Assembly (NCBI GenBank): GCA_030141605.1
Contig: JAQGDQ010000591.1
Location: 69,992 to 133,991 of the forward strand
DNA length: 64,000 bases
Direction of reading: 5' to 3'
Source of the DNA: Tubiluchus corallicola
Taxonomy: Eukaryota; Animalia; Priapulida
The notes under the pieces are model-generated. The model worked only from the letters and a program-made list of their open reading frames with translations, had not been told where the DNA came from and did not search any database. Position 1 is the stretch's first letter. Each line of letters begins with the position of its first letter. Below are positions 52,201-62,983 of this stretch, in pieces. The position numbers and the translations under genes were made by a program.

Positions 52201-55200
52201 GTGGTCGAAGACCTTATCAATAGCCTTTCGGATACTAACAGTGGAAGAAGATGCAAAAAGACAATAATGCCGTAGTAAAAACAACAGATGAAGCTCTAAA
52301 ACTTGTTGCTGCAGGTGGTTGTGCCTTTTTGGGATCGAGCTACGATTCAGAATGTCTGATTATACAAGATTTCCAAAAACATCGATTTGTAATGGCGCCA
52401 TTTTCAGTGTCCACAGCCATAGTATCTTGGGACACGCCCAGGCAAAGCAAGATTTAAACAATTGTAAAATATGTAGTAGAGTTTTCAAAGTTGTTTAAAT
52501 AATAGTGGTAATTCAAAGTAGTACGAAATGCATACAAAGCGAATGGCTCTCAATATTTAGCACCTACTGTGCAAGTTGCAACTCAAGTACTGAGTATGAC
52601 GAACTTACATTCAGCCTTTCTTATACTTTCTATACGCAATGGCACTGCCACCATTGTGATTCGCCTAGAATGCCTGTATAGGAAATTTGGAAAAGCATCT
52701 TCTGCTTGACAGTGGGTTGAAAGGCCTTTATTCTTTCTAGAAAACGTCGTGTGACTTTTCACACTTTGTAATATATTTAGCTTTCAACAGAACGATTAAA
52801 AGATGCAATTTATGAACTCTCAAGAACCATTTAGTTTTTTAATTACATTAAAAAAACGTTAATCAAACGCTAGTGATATCATTAACTATACCTATAGGTA
52901 AGAAAGCTAAAGAACAACAAATGCCACAACAACTAGTAAAGATATCATTCTTTTTCTGATATTGTTACTTACACTTTCTATAGTTGTTCGGTTGTTTATT
53001 ACCAGGGATGTGTGCAGAAAGACCAAAAGTGAGATAAGAATCAATGCCACAAAACTGATAATCGCCGTCACAATGGTAAACATTTAGTCAAGAAAAAAAT
53101 TATTGTAGCAAATATTCTACACAATGCAGTCGGTATAAATACTTATTTACGTAATGATCATCAGGTTTTAATTACAAAATCATATTAGTTAAAGATACTA
53201 ATTATAGGAAGCATTAGATAAGAATTTAACAAAGGATATCTTGATGGTATATGTCGAGTTGCCTCCGTGGCCCCAATCTGTTTTGACACTGTGAAAAGAA
53301 AAATGATGTGTGATGTATAAGCCACCTGAATAAGCAAGGCTTACAAAAGAAATACGAGCACGTCAAACCTCGTGCTGACCTCTGGCGTGCACAAGTTTGG
53401 TTATGCACAGAGTCAGCTTCTTGATTTTATGTCACCCACTACCCCCCAATTGGTAAACCCATTTTTTCATAAGTATTATAAGCTTATCTACTGAATTTCA
53501 TGCTTGAAAATCATTAGTGCTGTTGCAACTGGTAAACACACTGTGAATTTAACTTTATATTATCTTGAAAATCATTAGACATATTTAACAGGTTATCTAC
53601 CATTGCCTCACTTCATAAGTATAAGGAAGAAAATTTCATAAGGGATTGAAGGAATTTGCCATTAAAATTGGCTAAACTGTCCTGCCCTAATTCCAAACGA
53701 GCGGAACAACGGTCTTCATATTAACCAGTGGTGGCTCGTGTATAAGTACTGTGGAACTGCACATGCGCACAAGTACTGTGGAACTGCACATGCGCACATG
53801 TCTGAGCGCAGGTAGAAAATGTACTGTCGCTCACACCGTTTGTTGTCAGTTGTCACATGCTTACTGTGAGTGGATCAAGTTTGAGCTGCGATAATTTAGG
53901 CTATTAGTAAGCAAAAGTAGTTTTGTATAGGATTTTAACAAGTTTATGAACAACTTACCTATGTTTGTTTGTTTAAAATTACAAATTAGAACAATAGAAT
54001 TACACGTGTTTGTTTCGTTTTACACAGTATTAAAATAATGCCTTAACATTTTCTTAGAATCTCAACTAGGCGCCACTGTTAATAACGTCACTATTCTGGC
54101 GAACGAGGGCAAGAATAAACTAAAAAAAGGGGAGAACACTGATTACTAAAAAAATCTCAACAAATTCCAAGATTTGTTATTGTATATAGAACATGGTATG
54201 ACATTTTTTTTAAAAAACTGAGACTGTAAGCCAGCTTGTACAACTAACTCAGCAGCAAAAATTTGAAATTTCTAAAGAAAAATTGCTATTTGATTGGATA
54301 CCCTCTGAAATGCATGCAGGGCCCGTTGCACCCTTGACTCTTTATTCAAGCAACAGAAGCTGATGCGAACTTATTCGTCCTTATTCAAGTCAAAGGTGTA
54401 ACAATTATAACTTAGAGGAAATCGGAAGATTGTGTAAAAGCGAGGTCAGAATAAAGAATGCTCTAAAATATTGAAAACTACAATCGCTTATTTTAAATCA
54501 AAGCTTAGATTAAATAATAATTACCTCGGATACTCAAATTTCGTTAAACTTTCAAAGCTACGCACGGCACAGTGAATCTACTAAGATTGGCAACAGTGCC
54601 TTTTTGTCACATTTGCGTGGCCGACAAATAGAAGGGCAGTACCATGATAGGCATGATCATATGACGACAGTTTCTGACGTCATATAATGCAATGGCCATT
54701 TTGCGTGACATCATGTGTTTAAACAGTACTGTAGCACTTATTAAAATGTGTTTGACGCGCAAGGGAAGATGTCTGCCATTGCACAAACTGTGGTTAGTTT
54801 CTGACGTAAGCAATAGCTGTGTTCGGTTGCCGTTAATCAATTTTCTAAGCTAATAATCCAAGGAACAATTGTTAACTTTTATAGGCAAAAAATGTACATT
54901 TTGGGCAGTAAATTAAGATGAGTTTGAGTCTAAAAAATTGTCCGGTCTTCCTTTAAGAAGGTTATTATAGTATACGATGGCAAACAGGTGTAAATCTGCG
55001 TGATACGTGAACTTACAGCAAACAAGGTGAATGATGGAGCATACGAGAATATACGTAAAGAGAGCCCAAATGGAGAGTATAAAAAGGTAGAAATATCGGT
55101 AATTTCTCTTCCCAACACAGTTGCCAGTATAATGACAATGGTGATCGAAACGATCTGCAATGAAAAGAGCCTGATGTAGTGTATAAATTTAATCCTAAAA

Positions 55201-58200
55201 GATACAAATTACAAGTAAATTATGAAGTTTCGTATTGAAAGCTCGTTTCAGATTTTCGTTACATTTAAATGAATGTGTTTATCTGAGATTAGGACCTTGA
55301 CTATGACAAATGCTGATAGAATGACGATGATGACTTTGGCGGTGACAGTAGTGGCTGTGGTGGTTGTTGTTGCGATAGAAATTGGGGTGACGAAAATGAT
55401 GATCATGACGACGGCAATGATGTTGATGATAGCGGTGACATTCGTGTATTTATGTTGACGATGGTGTGTTGACGATGGTGATTTTGTTTATGCTGGTGTG
55501 GTGTAGCGGTGATGATGATGGTGGCGACAGCAGCTATAATAACGTTTAGTAATGATGATAATTATAGTGAAACCAATGAGTTCATCTAGATGGATACTAC
55601 ATGAACTGCTAACTTACCCACACAGTTATCACACAGCTTACAGTGGGATGCTCTTGGAGGTCGGAAAACTTTGCAAGTAACGCAATATTTCATCTCCACT
55701 GGATGTCCATTTACCTCTACAGTTTTGGTGGGAAGCTTGTTTCGAAACTTAAACATTTTTTGCATTTGAGCTATAAACATAAATCATCAAAAATCCATTA
55801 TAGTGCGTACTGGTCTGACAGTAAGTTTCACTGGATAACATTTTTAGCTAGTCCGGAATGCGAAGATTGGGTTACTCGCTTACCGAGTTTTTTGTTCTCT
55901 GATTCACAACAGCTTCGTGATATGAAGTACTACTATGACGAACCATTCATATGTCAAATCTAGTTGCTTTAATAGTCGAACTACAGCCATTTTTCAAAAC
56001 TAGCTCCAAGAGTCTAGCTACAGGTATATTTTGCGCATGTGCAGATTGTACTAACATTAGTACTACGTTTCGGCTGATGCATTCTGTTGGTTAGTTTAAA
56101 CCACTCCGTACAATGTTTGACATTGCCATGTTTCACGAGGGGTGAAATGACAACTACCAATAGATTCAACAACTTATTATCAATATTGCACGAACATTGT
56201 ACATAGTCCTCGATTTCTGCTCCTAAAATGATGGTAATAAGCTTACTGTCTACAAATGCGACTTTTATAGCTTTCACGGAATCTAAATTTTCGAGGAAAT
56301 TTAGAACACGCGTTGCTTGCTTTATAATAAGTAAATGGCAGTTTTTGTATATTTCACGGCGGAGAAGACTTGTTTATAGAGTTACATCGCAAGGAAGTAG
56401 GCTAAACCAAGCATGAGTAAAAGAAAGTGTTTGTAGCTGCTGTTTATTGGTGTTTAAGATGGTTCCGTGAGATGTGTGAATAGCCAAGAAGGCATGCCAA
56501 AATGCCACAATCTAGTATGAAGTGATCGATACTCAGGTACCGGATCTGATGCCGCGTTGCAGGATGCGGCTGTTTTTGTCAAACCTGTGAATGCGCACTA
56601 GGTCTCTGCGCATAAAAACTGTGTCACCCTTATTCCTTATTTGGGCATTTCATTTTAGTAAGTTTTTGCCTAACAAGAGTATTCATTAATATCGTGGCGG
56701 AGATAAAAGAGTGAGTATTAATTATAAACTAGCCAAATCCCACAAAGAGAATTTTGTGCATAAATGAACACAACCCACATCACACCAACCCCACACCTCA
56801 CCACATCACACCACACCGCACCACACCATACCACCAAACCACAACACCCACCCACACACCACGCCACCCACGCCACTCAACCAACACCACACACACCACA
56901 TCATCAATACCACACCACACCACCCACCCCACTCCGCCCACTCCCCCTCCCCCGAATTCTAAATATGACTATAATAACACCCACCGTTGAACGGACTATT
57001 TAACCATTGCGGGCACCATGCCAGGCACATTCCCGTTCTCCAGAAATAAGAGGTATAAGTTTTGCAAAAAATGTCGAAAAATAAATCCCCAATGGCAAAT
57101 CTGTGGGTCCGGACCCTTCGTTTGATGTATAGATCGCCGAAAATGATGCCGTCGTTGGAACTGTAGTCTTGTCGGTTATATATCCATGTATATCTATACC
57201 ACAGCAATTAATATATACAATTAATTCTCTTTTCTGCATGATACTTACCAACTTCGCTTTCGATGGCTGCAGCTTGTGTTGGCGTGGATCTGGGCACAAC
57301 CCCCGGATCACGGCAAGCCGTAAGGAAGAAACAACAGGCGGTCAACAGAAATAAAATGGCACCTATTACTGGAATAACGACTGAAAATTCCCTTGCAAAG
57401 TATACACAACTGGAACAAAATTATTAAGATTAAAACCATTAAAACTGTATTTGCTATAAATTGTCTTCGGTTCAAACACGCAGTAACTCAATGTTCAAAT
57501 TGCTAAAGCAAAACCGGACCCAATCTTAAACTGTAGGTTAAAACAATCTGCTCTTTAAAGTATTGACATACTATTTTTTTCAAAAAAGACTTGAAAGAAT
57601 TATTAGCACACAAACGCAATTTCACAGTCACGCAACTAGTTCTTTGTTGGTACATACATTTCACCATTCGCTAGTTAGCCGGGCACTAACGCCTGCATTT
57701 CGGAAATGCGTTGCACAAAAAACAGGTGATGTACCCCTCATTTGAGATGCGTTAGTTTGTGATGAACTACACACGTTCGACAGCTCATGCATGAGCACAG
57801 CGATAAATTTGAAATTTAAATTTTTTGTCTTAAAACTTGTCTAGTTTTAGTACAACACACTGAATATCTTACAGCAGGTTTGTACTTCAAGTATCGCTTT
57901 CGCAAACACGTACAACACGCTCGTGGAATATTTTTGGTGTTGAAAATTATGTTCGTTTCTGATGTCATCAATAGCTGCGTTCGTCTACTGTTAATTAAGT
58001 TTTTAATCTATTATTTAATTATCAAAAACGCTTTTGCAGTATTAATTGTCTTAAACTGTATACTTTTTATCGGACTTGAAAAAGGGGTAGTGTATGAAAA
58101 ATCATTCTGCTTTCCTTTAAAGCAAGTTTGAAAAACTTCGATGGACATTCTCAAGGGAGGTATACACCAGATTTGTTTTCAGCATTGAAATAACGATATT

Positions 58201-58610
58201 AATATCTACTATACGTTCGTGTTTGCGAACCAAACTCGATTCACAATAATTATGGTAATCACGAATATGATCAGTGATACACAGATATCTAGATGGGATA
58301 ACAATCAAATTTTAGCTTTGTAAACCTATTGCAGCAAACATATAGACGCCCTATCCAAATTATTACAGCAAATTCTAAGTTACACGGATCCTGAACTTAT
58401 CCTACTTGTTGCCTAAGCTGTTAACTATTGATGATATTGTAAGTAATTTGTCTCTAATACTTACTCAGTATAAAAAAAGAAAGCAGTATTTACAGTGAAA
58501 AGAAATAAAGTAAAATAGAAGATCCTCAGATATTTTCCACTCATTAATCGTCCACGACACCAGAAGCGATTCCTCCCGGGAAACTCTTCAAACTTTCTTC
58601 TTCTACTCAT
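43134..58610 (-). CDS. DHHC palmitoyltransferase, ZDHHC9/14/18 (Erf2-type) subfamily, ~314 aa if the candidate last exon is right
   Basis: Exons 58610-58465, 57409-57249, 55770-55618, 55154-55017, 53288-53240, 53075-52973, 51576-51467, candidate 43218-43134. Motifs: N-term [74 protein letters not shown] (TTxE), NPFTKG..YRN (PaCCT). Confidence 0.9.
43290..50158. repeat. Higher-order tandem repeat: ~0.85-0.95 kb unit plus variable 55-bp arrays (about 5, 28, 6, 12 copies)
   Basis: 55-bp unit GAAAAATCACGACAGCAGTTTGAAAAGCATGATTTAGTTTTTGACCATTAAACCT at 44165-44437, 45363-46905, 47838-48163, 49018-49673; intervening unique unit repeated. Confidence 0.95.
51467..51576 (-). CDS. ZDHHC exon 7 (PaCCT motif)
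   Basis: TTTTCAG|; [36 protein letters not shown]; donor AAG|GTATCA. Confidence 0.88.
51960..52500 (+). pseudogene. Ionotropic glutamate receptor / variant IR-like fragment (M2-M3-S2), frameshifted, antisense within ZDHHC intron 6
   Basis: [28 protein letters not shown] resembles M3 (R....WW.F.LI...SYTANLAAFLT); after a frameshift near 52240, [26 protein letters not shown] resembles S2 (V.T..EG..RV....YAFL); TAA at 52455-52457. Confidence 0.75.
52973..53075 (-). CDS. ZDHHC exon 6 (TM4, TTxE)
   Basis: [35 protein letters not shown]; donor AGT|GTAAGT. Confidence 0.88.
53076..53239 (-). other. U12-type (minor spliceosome) AT-AC intron, 164 nt
   Basis: 5' site ATATCCTTT, branch-site-like TTTTCTTGAC ~12 nt before terminal AC (TGTTTAC|); removing it restores the reading frame. 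Confidence 0.88.
53240..53288 (-). CDS. ZDHHC exon 5 (49 nt, luminal loop)
   Basis: TTTTCACAG|; [16 protein letters not shown]; followed by U12 donor ATATCCTTTG. Confidence 0.85.
54412..54956 (+). mobile_element. Family C full-length copy in ZDHHC intron 4
   Basis: TTAGAGGAAATCGGA ... TCCGGTCTTCCTTTAA; colinear with 8420-8941. Confidence 0.72.
55017..55154 (-). CDS. ZDHHC exon 4 (DHHC motif, TM3)
   Basis: TTGCAG|; [46 protein letters not shown]; donor T|GTAAGT. Confidence 0.92.
55315..55530. repeat. Degenerate (GAT/GGT)n low-complexity tract
   Basis: Direct reading. Confidence 0.75.
55618..55770 (-). CDS. ZDHHC exon 3 (cysteine-rich domain)
   Basis: TTTATAG|; [51 protein letters not shown]; donor G|GTAAGT. 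Confidence 0.92.
56768..56953. repeat. (CACAC/CACCA)n low-complexity tract
   Basis: Direct reading. Confidence 0.85.
57249..57409 (-). CDS. ZDHHC exon 2 (TM2, DPG motif)
   Basis: TTCCAG|; [54 protein letters not shown]; donor G|GTAAGT; frame not in ORF track. Confidence 0.9.
57505..58120 (+). mobile_element. Family A copy in ZDHHC intron 1
   Basis: Colinear with 3230-3278 plus 3945-4504; ends TTTCCTTTAA. Confidence 0.7.
58465..58610 (-). CDS. ZDHHC exon 1 (ATG, TM1)
   Basis: [48 protein letters not shown]; donor GA|GTAAGT. Confidence 0.9.
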
Positions 58611-58993
58611 GTCAACTTGTTGAAGAAAATAAAAGAGCAGTTTATCTAGCAAAACTTTTGAGTAAACAAATATAGTTTATAAAATACACATGCATGCACA
58701 CAGAAGAATGCAGCAGCAGCCGAACTGTTTCTACTGAGTTAATTTAACAAACACCTTCCTCACGTTTCGCACACTATTGAATTACAACCTCAAAAAGACT
58801 TTCAGCATATGAAGAGCACCCGTATTGCTGTTTGCCAGGAGGCAATTTCTACCACATTTAACAATAAGAACTCCATGCAGTGCCAAGCAGATGTTTAACA
58901 TTTAGAACGGTATATTATTTGCAGTTATACTTTTGTGATTAAAGGAACAATTGTTAAATTAGTATAATTCAAAACATTTATATTTGTACTTAC

Positions 58994-59160
58994 GCTATGT
59001 ATATGTAATTATTTTGTTGAATGCAGCAGAACGTTTTTACTTAATTATTTGAACAAGCGCCCTACTGAATCGCATCCTCAAGAAGAAGACTTCGTTTATC
59101 TAGACGACGGTAACGCGTCATGTGTGCTGTGACGTTATCAGTGACACGTCATCGTTGGAG
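58994..59160 (-). promoter_or_regulatory. Candidate non-coding first exon / promoter region of the ZDHHC gene
   Basis: Consensus donor AGC|GTAAGT at 58993; locally CpG-richer stretch with TGACGT-like motifs at ~59110-59155; pyrimidine tract plus AAG just upstream of the ATG exon. Confidence 0.3.
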
Positions 59161-60029
59161 TCCAGTTGCTAAGTAGTAGCAGCTAACTGACGCAGAAAAT
59201 CAGCTAGGTCGGCTAAAGTTGACTGATTTTTTAGTCAAAAATCAGCTAAATCAACTAAACAGTGAATTTTTGATAACTAAATAAATGATAAATTGTTAGT
59301 TAACTGTAAATTATTAAGACAACTTTTTAAAATAATTCCTATTGCTTATACACAGAGAAAAAGCTGATGTACAAATTCAAATAATTATAAAAAACAATAG
59401 GTTTATTGCAAATATAGTTTAAATCCAATTATTGGCGAATCTTGATACTGACGGATCAATACTAAAACACCAAAATGATCCCATACGTGTGACTAACGTC
59501 GCCTATTCGTGTATTTAATTTTGAATTGACCAGCTTTCTTGTTCAAAAATTTCTGAAGTTTAGTATCTCTGGCACATTTGCATTTCAACCAGTAATTTAC
59601 AGTGCCGCGTGATATTATCACAAAAGCGGCTGGCGAGATTAAAGCTGGGTTTCTTATCGGCCAGGTCAGGTAGAAATAAACCGGCTGGAGCTCAACTGAA
59701 ACAGCGTGGCTTTGGCCTCTACATATAGTGTTGGTGTCAAGCAATTTAATCCAGCATTCTATAATTATTTGTTTTCTTTTCGTATTTTTACAAACATGCA
59801 TTTCCTGAAAGTGTTTAAAACAAAGCCAGCCTTAGTCATGTGACCTAAGCTTTAGTAGTATACGCCACCTATCAATCACACTTGTTCCTACACGTAGTTA
59901 CATTCTCTGTTGCCGCTATGCTGATCATGCCGTTTGGTGATACTTGCATTGCTTTGTCTATTTTGTTACAATTTAACAGTCACTAGTTGTATTTTCAAGC
60001 CAAAGTTGTCACCAGTAAATGTAAGTCAC

Positions 60030-60960
60030 CACCAATTACGCAAAAATAAGGACGATTTCTACCAACAATGCCAAGATGTGCTGAATGACATCCCCAGCCA
60101 TGACATCATTCTCTTCATGGGTGACATGAATGCGCAGATTGACAACAACAGACACGGACTGATGCATGTAATCGGGCCACATGGATCAGCTCCAGAAACA
60201 AACAACAATGGTGAACGGCTCCTGTTGTTGTGCAATCTAAATGAACTGTGCATTGGAAACACCTATTTTGCCCACAAGACCTTCCACAAGAAGACATGGA
60301 GATCACCAGATGGGAATACCCTGAATGAAATCGACTACATCTGTACCAGCAAGAGATGGATATCAGCACTGAAATGTGTGAAAGTGTGCCGTGGAGCTGA
60401 TGTGGAGCTGACGTGGAGCTGATGTGGAGCTGAGGTGGAGCTGCCGTGGAGCTGGTGTGGAGCTGATGTGGAGCTGATGTGGAGCTGTCGTGGAGCTGGT
60501 GTGGAGCTGATGTGGAGCTGATGTGGAGCTGATGTGGAGCTGCCGTGGAGCTGATTTGGCTTCTGGTCATTACTTCAAGCTTCAGCTCAAACTGAAAAAG
60601 ATACAGAAGCCAAAAATCGCCAAACCTTTTGCGGTTGAAAAATTAAAAAACCAAGAAAAAGCAAGCAGGTTTGAACTTGCACTTAGCAACAGATTTGAAC
60701 CACTACTACAAGCCAGCAAAATTGAAGAACAATGGAAAATATTCAAGGAAGCAGTAACAACAGTTGCAGATGAACAGCTTGGCAGAAGAAGGGCTAACAG
60801 GAAATAAATGTAGATACAGGAAAAAACTTGGGAATTATTAGATGAAAGAGAATCAAACAAGAGAGAGACCTAGCAAAAACACTAGAAAGCAAGAGCCAAG
60901 CCAATGAGCAGTACCAACTGGCAGATAGAGCAGTGAAAAGAAGTTGCAGAAGGGAAGATG
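60030..60960 (+). mobile_element. RTE-clade LINE fragment (AP endonuclease C-half and linker), decayed
   Basis: KDDFYQQ.QDVLN.IP.HDIILFMGDMNAQI, NNNGERLL..C..NEL.IGNT.F.HK..HK.TWRSPDG.T.NEIDYI, RGAD..SGH (SDH motif altered); stops at 60805 onward. Confidence 0.88.
60391..60555. repeat. 11-bp tandem repeat, ~15 copies, inside the RTE fragment
   Basis: GTGGAGCTGAT / GTGGAGCTGCC. Confidence 0.95.
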
Positions 60961-61039
60961 GTTTGACTTATGGAAAGACTGGAAAAACTTATGTAACCAG
61001 AAAAGAAAATTATGAATTATTTAAAATGTTTTCAACAAT

Positions 61040-61390
61040 TGGTAAACTCACATAACCGAAAACGTATTTTTAATCTTACTGACAAGATACAGTAATTTAA
61101 AATTTTACTTAGTTAGTGTCCTGTGCACTATGAATTCTCTGATTATTTTTTCAAACTTTACTCAGTGTTATCTAAACTTGTTTCAAATGGATTATCGTCA
61201 AAATGGCTGCGTCTAACGGTCAAAATGATCTTGATTTAGTAACACGTTCCCCTGTACAGCTTTAAGCACTTTATAAGCCCATAAAGCTCAAATAAGTCAG
61301 TCGCCTTACACACCACAAACAGTTACCATCATAAAGTATCTCGTTTATATAAATGCCTGTAAGGGCAGTATACGGCTATAAACACACGAC
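61040..61390 (-). mobile_element. Family B partial copy, inverted
   Basis: Reverse complement of 38750-39080 and 40650-40940. Confidence 0.7.
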
Positions 61391-61499
61391 ATCTTGATGG
61401 GATTTCTTTCACATCCTGGTTCCCTGATCGTCTGATTGGAAATTACAAGTTATGTGTGCATCCAAACCAAGATGGAGATCAGCAGCAAAGCGAGAAATG

Positions 61500-62490
61500 C
61501 CACAACTATTTTGCGTGACGTCACGCGTTTAAGCAGTACTGCAGCACTTATTCAAATGTGTTTGACGCGTAAGCGAAGACGCCTGCCATTGCACAAACTG
61601 TGGTTAGTTTCTGACGTAAGCAATAGCTGTGTTCGGTTGCCGTTAATCAATTTTCTAAGCTAATAATCCAAGGAACAATTGTTAACTTTTATAGGCAAGA
61701 AAATGTATATTTTGGACAGGAAATAAAAATGAGATTGAGTCTAAACAATCGTCCGGTTTTCCTCTAAAGAACAGAGCTCCAAAAGATAGTGAAAGCCCCA
61801 GGCAGAGAACTATAATCTAGAACTATAATTGTTAAATAAAATTTAGTTTAGCACATTACCTCAGAAATTTTCTTCCAATCAATTCAATTAGTTTCAATCA
61901 TTCATTTTCGATCATTTACAAGGTCTTCAGTAAATCATTCGCTAAGCTATTCGTTAGTCTATTTCCAATTCCCTATTCTCTTTTCACACGTTCATTTCCT
62001 ATTCACACATTCATTTATTTAATCAATCGATGAACAAATATAACTTTTTTTTAGTCATTTTGGTACTTCTGTAATTTTAAAACAGACATCTTCTTATAAA
62101 ATGTTGCAAAAAATAGTAAGTACAGGAATTTAGGTGAAAACATCTTCAACCTGCAGAGGTTGGAATTACGTTGCCAAGGTGACAATGACCGCAAAGTTCA
62201 CGGCTAGTTCTGCTTGCAAAATTCATAGTCCTTCATGTGACACATGGCACTGTTTTGAAAACTATTACGCAAATGTGGTTGATGCGCCGTGGAAGACGCT
62301 TGCCATTGCACAAACTCTGGTTAGTTTCTGACGTAAGCAATAGCTGTGTTCGGTTGCCGTTAATTAACTTTCTAAGCTAATTATTCAAATATAAGAAAAA
62401 AGTGCTAACGTTAACAGACAAGAAAATGTATATTTTGGACAGTAAATAAAAATGAGATTGAGTCTAAAGATTCGTCCGGTTTTCCTCTAA
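61500..62490 (+). mobile_element. Two 3' partial copies of family C (61500-61768 and 62270-62490)
   Basis: CCATTGCACAAAC..GTTTCTGACGTAAGCAATAGCTGTGTTCGGTTGCCGTTAAT..GTCCGGTTTTCCTCTAAA. Confidence 0.7.
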
Positions 62491-62983
62491 AGAATTATTC
62501 TGCATCCAAGAGCAACACGTTAAATCCAATTTAAAAAATCTGAAATTTTGACTGCTTATTCAGAACTGCAGTAGTCTGGCACTTTTTTATCCACTTCAGC
62601 ACGCTGCAAGCATTCGATAGCAGGGTCTTCTCAGTGTGATATTTAAAGCGTGACCACAGCCTGACTCATTACAATGAAAGTCCTTTCCAGAAGAGCCAAA
62701 CTGAACAGGCAGGTGCCGTAGCCACACTATGGTGTATATACAGTAAATAAGCATGTGTAAATAAGCAAATTATGTGTTTTTTAGAAAAATTCTAAAAACA
62801 ATTCTGGCCAGTTCTTGTGCAGCTGCATAGCCAATGCCGGAACTGACACCGGATATCAGGATAACTCTTCCGGTCATGTCTCTTGTCACCTTTTTTTATT
62901 CTGTTGCGTGACTTTTCTATTCGTTATCAGAGCATATGTACAGTACAGTAAAAATGCTCCCAGATATGACACGACCATCATGT

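Noticed and set aside
56014-56605. Additional ZDHHC exons in intron 2 (acceptors at ~56222 and 56605)
   Set aside because: One hits a stop immediately in the needed phase, the other lacks a convincing phase-1 donor; exons 2 and 3 already join at normal family spacing.
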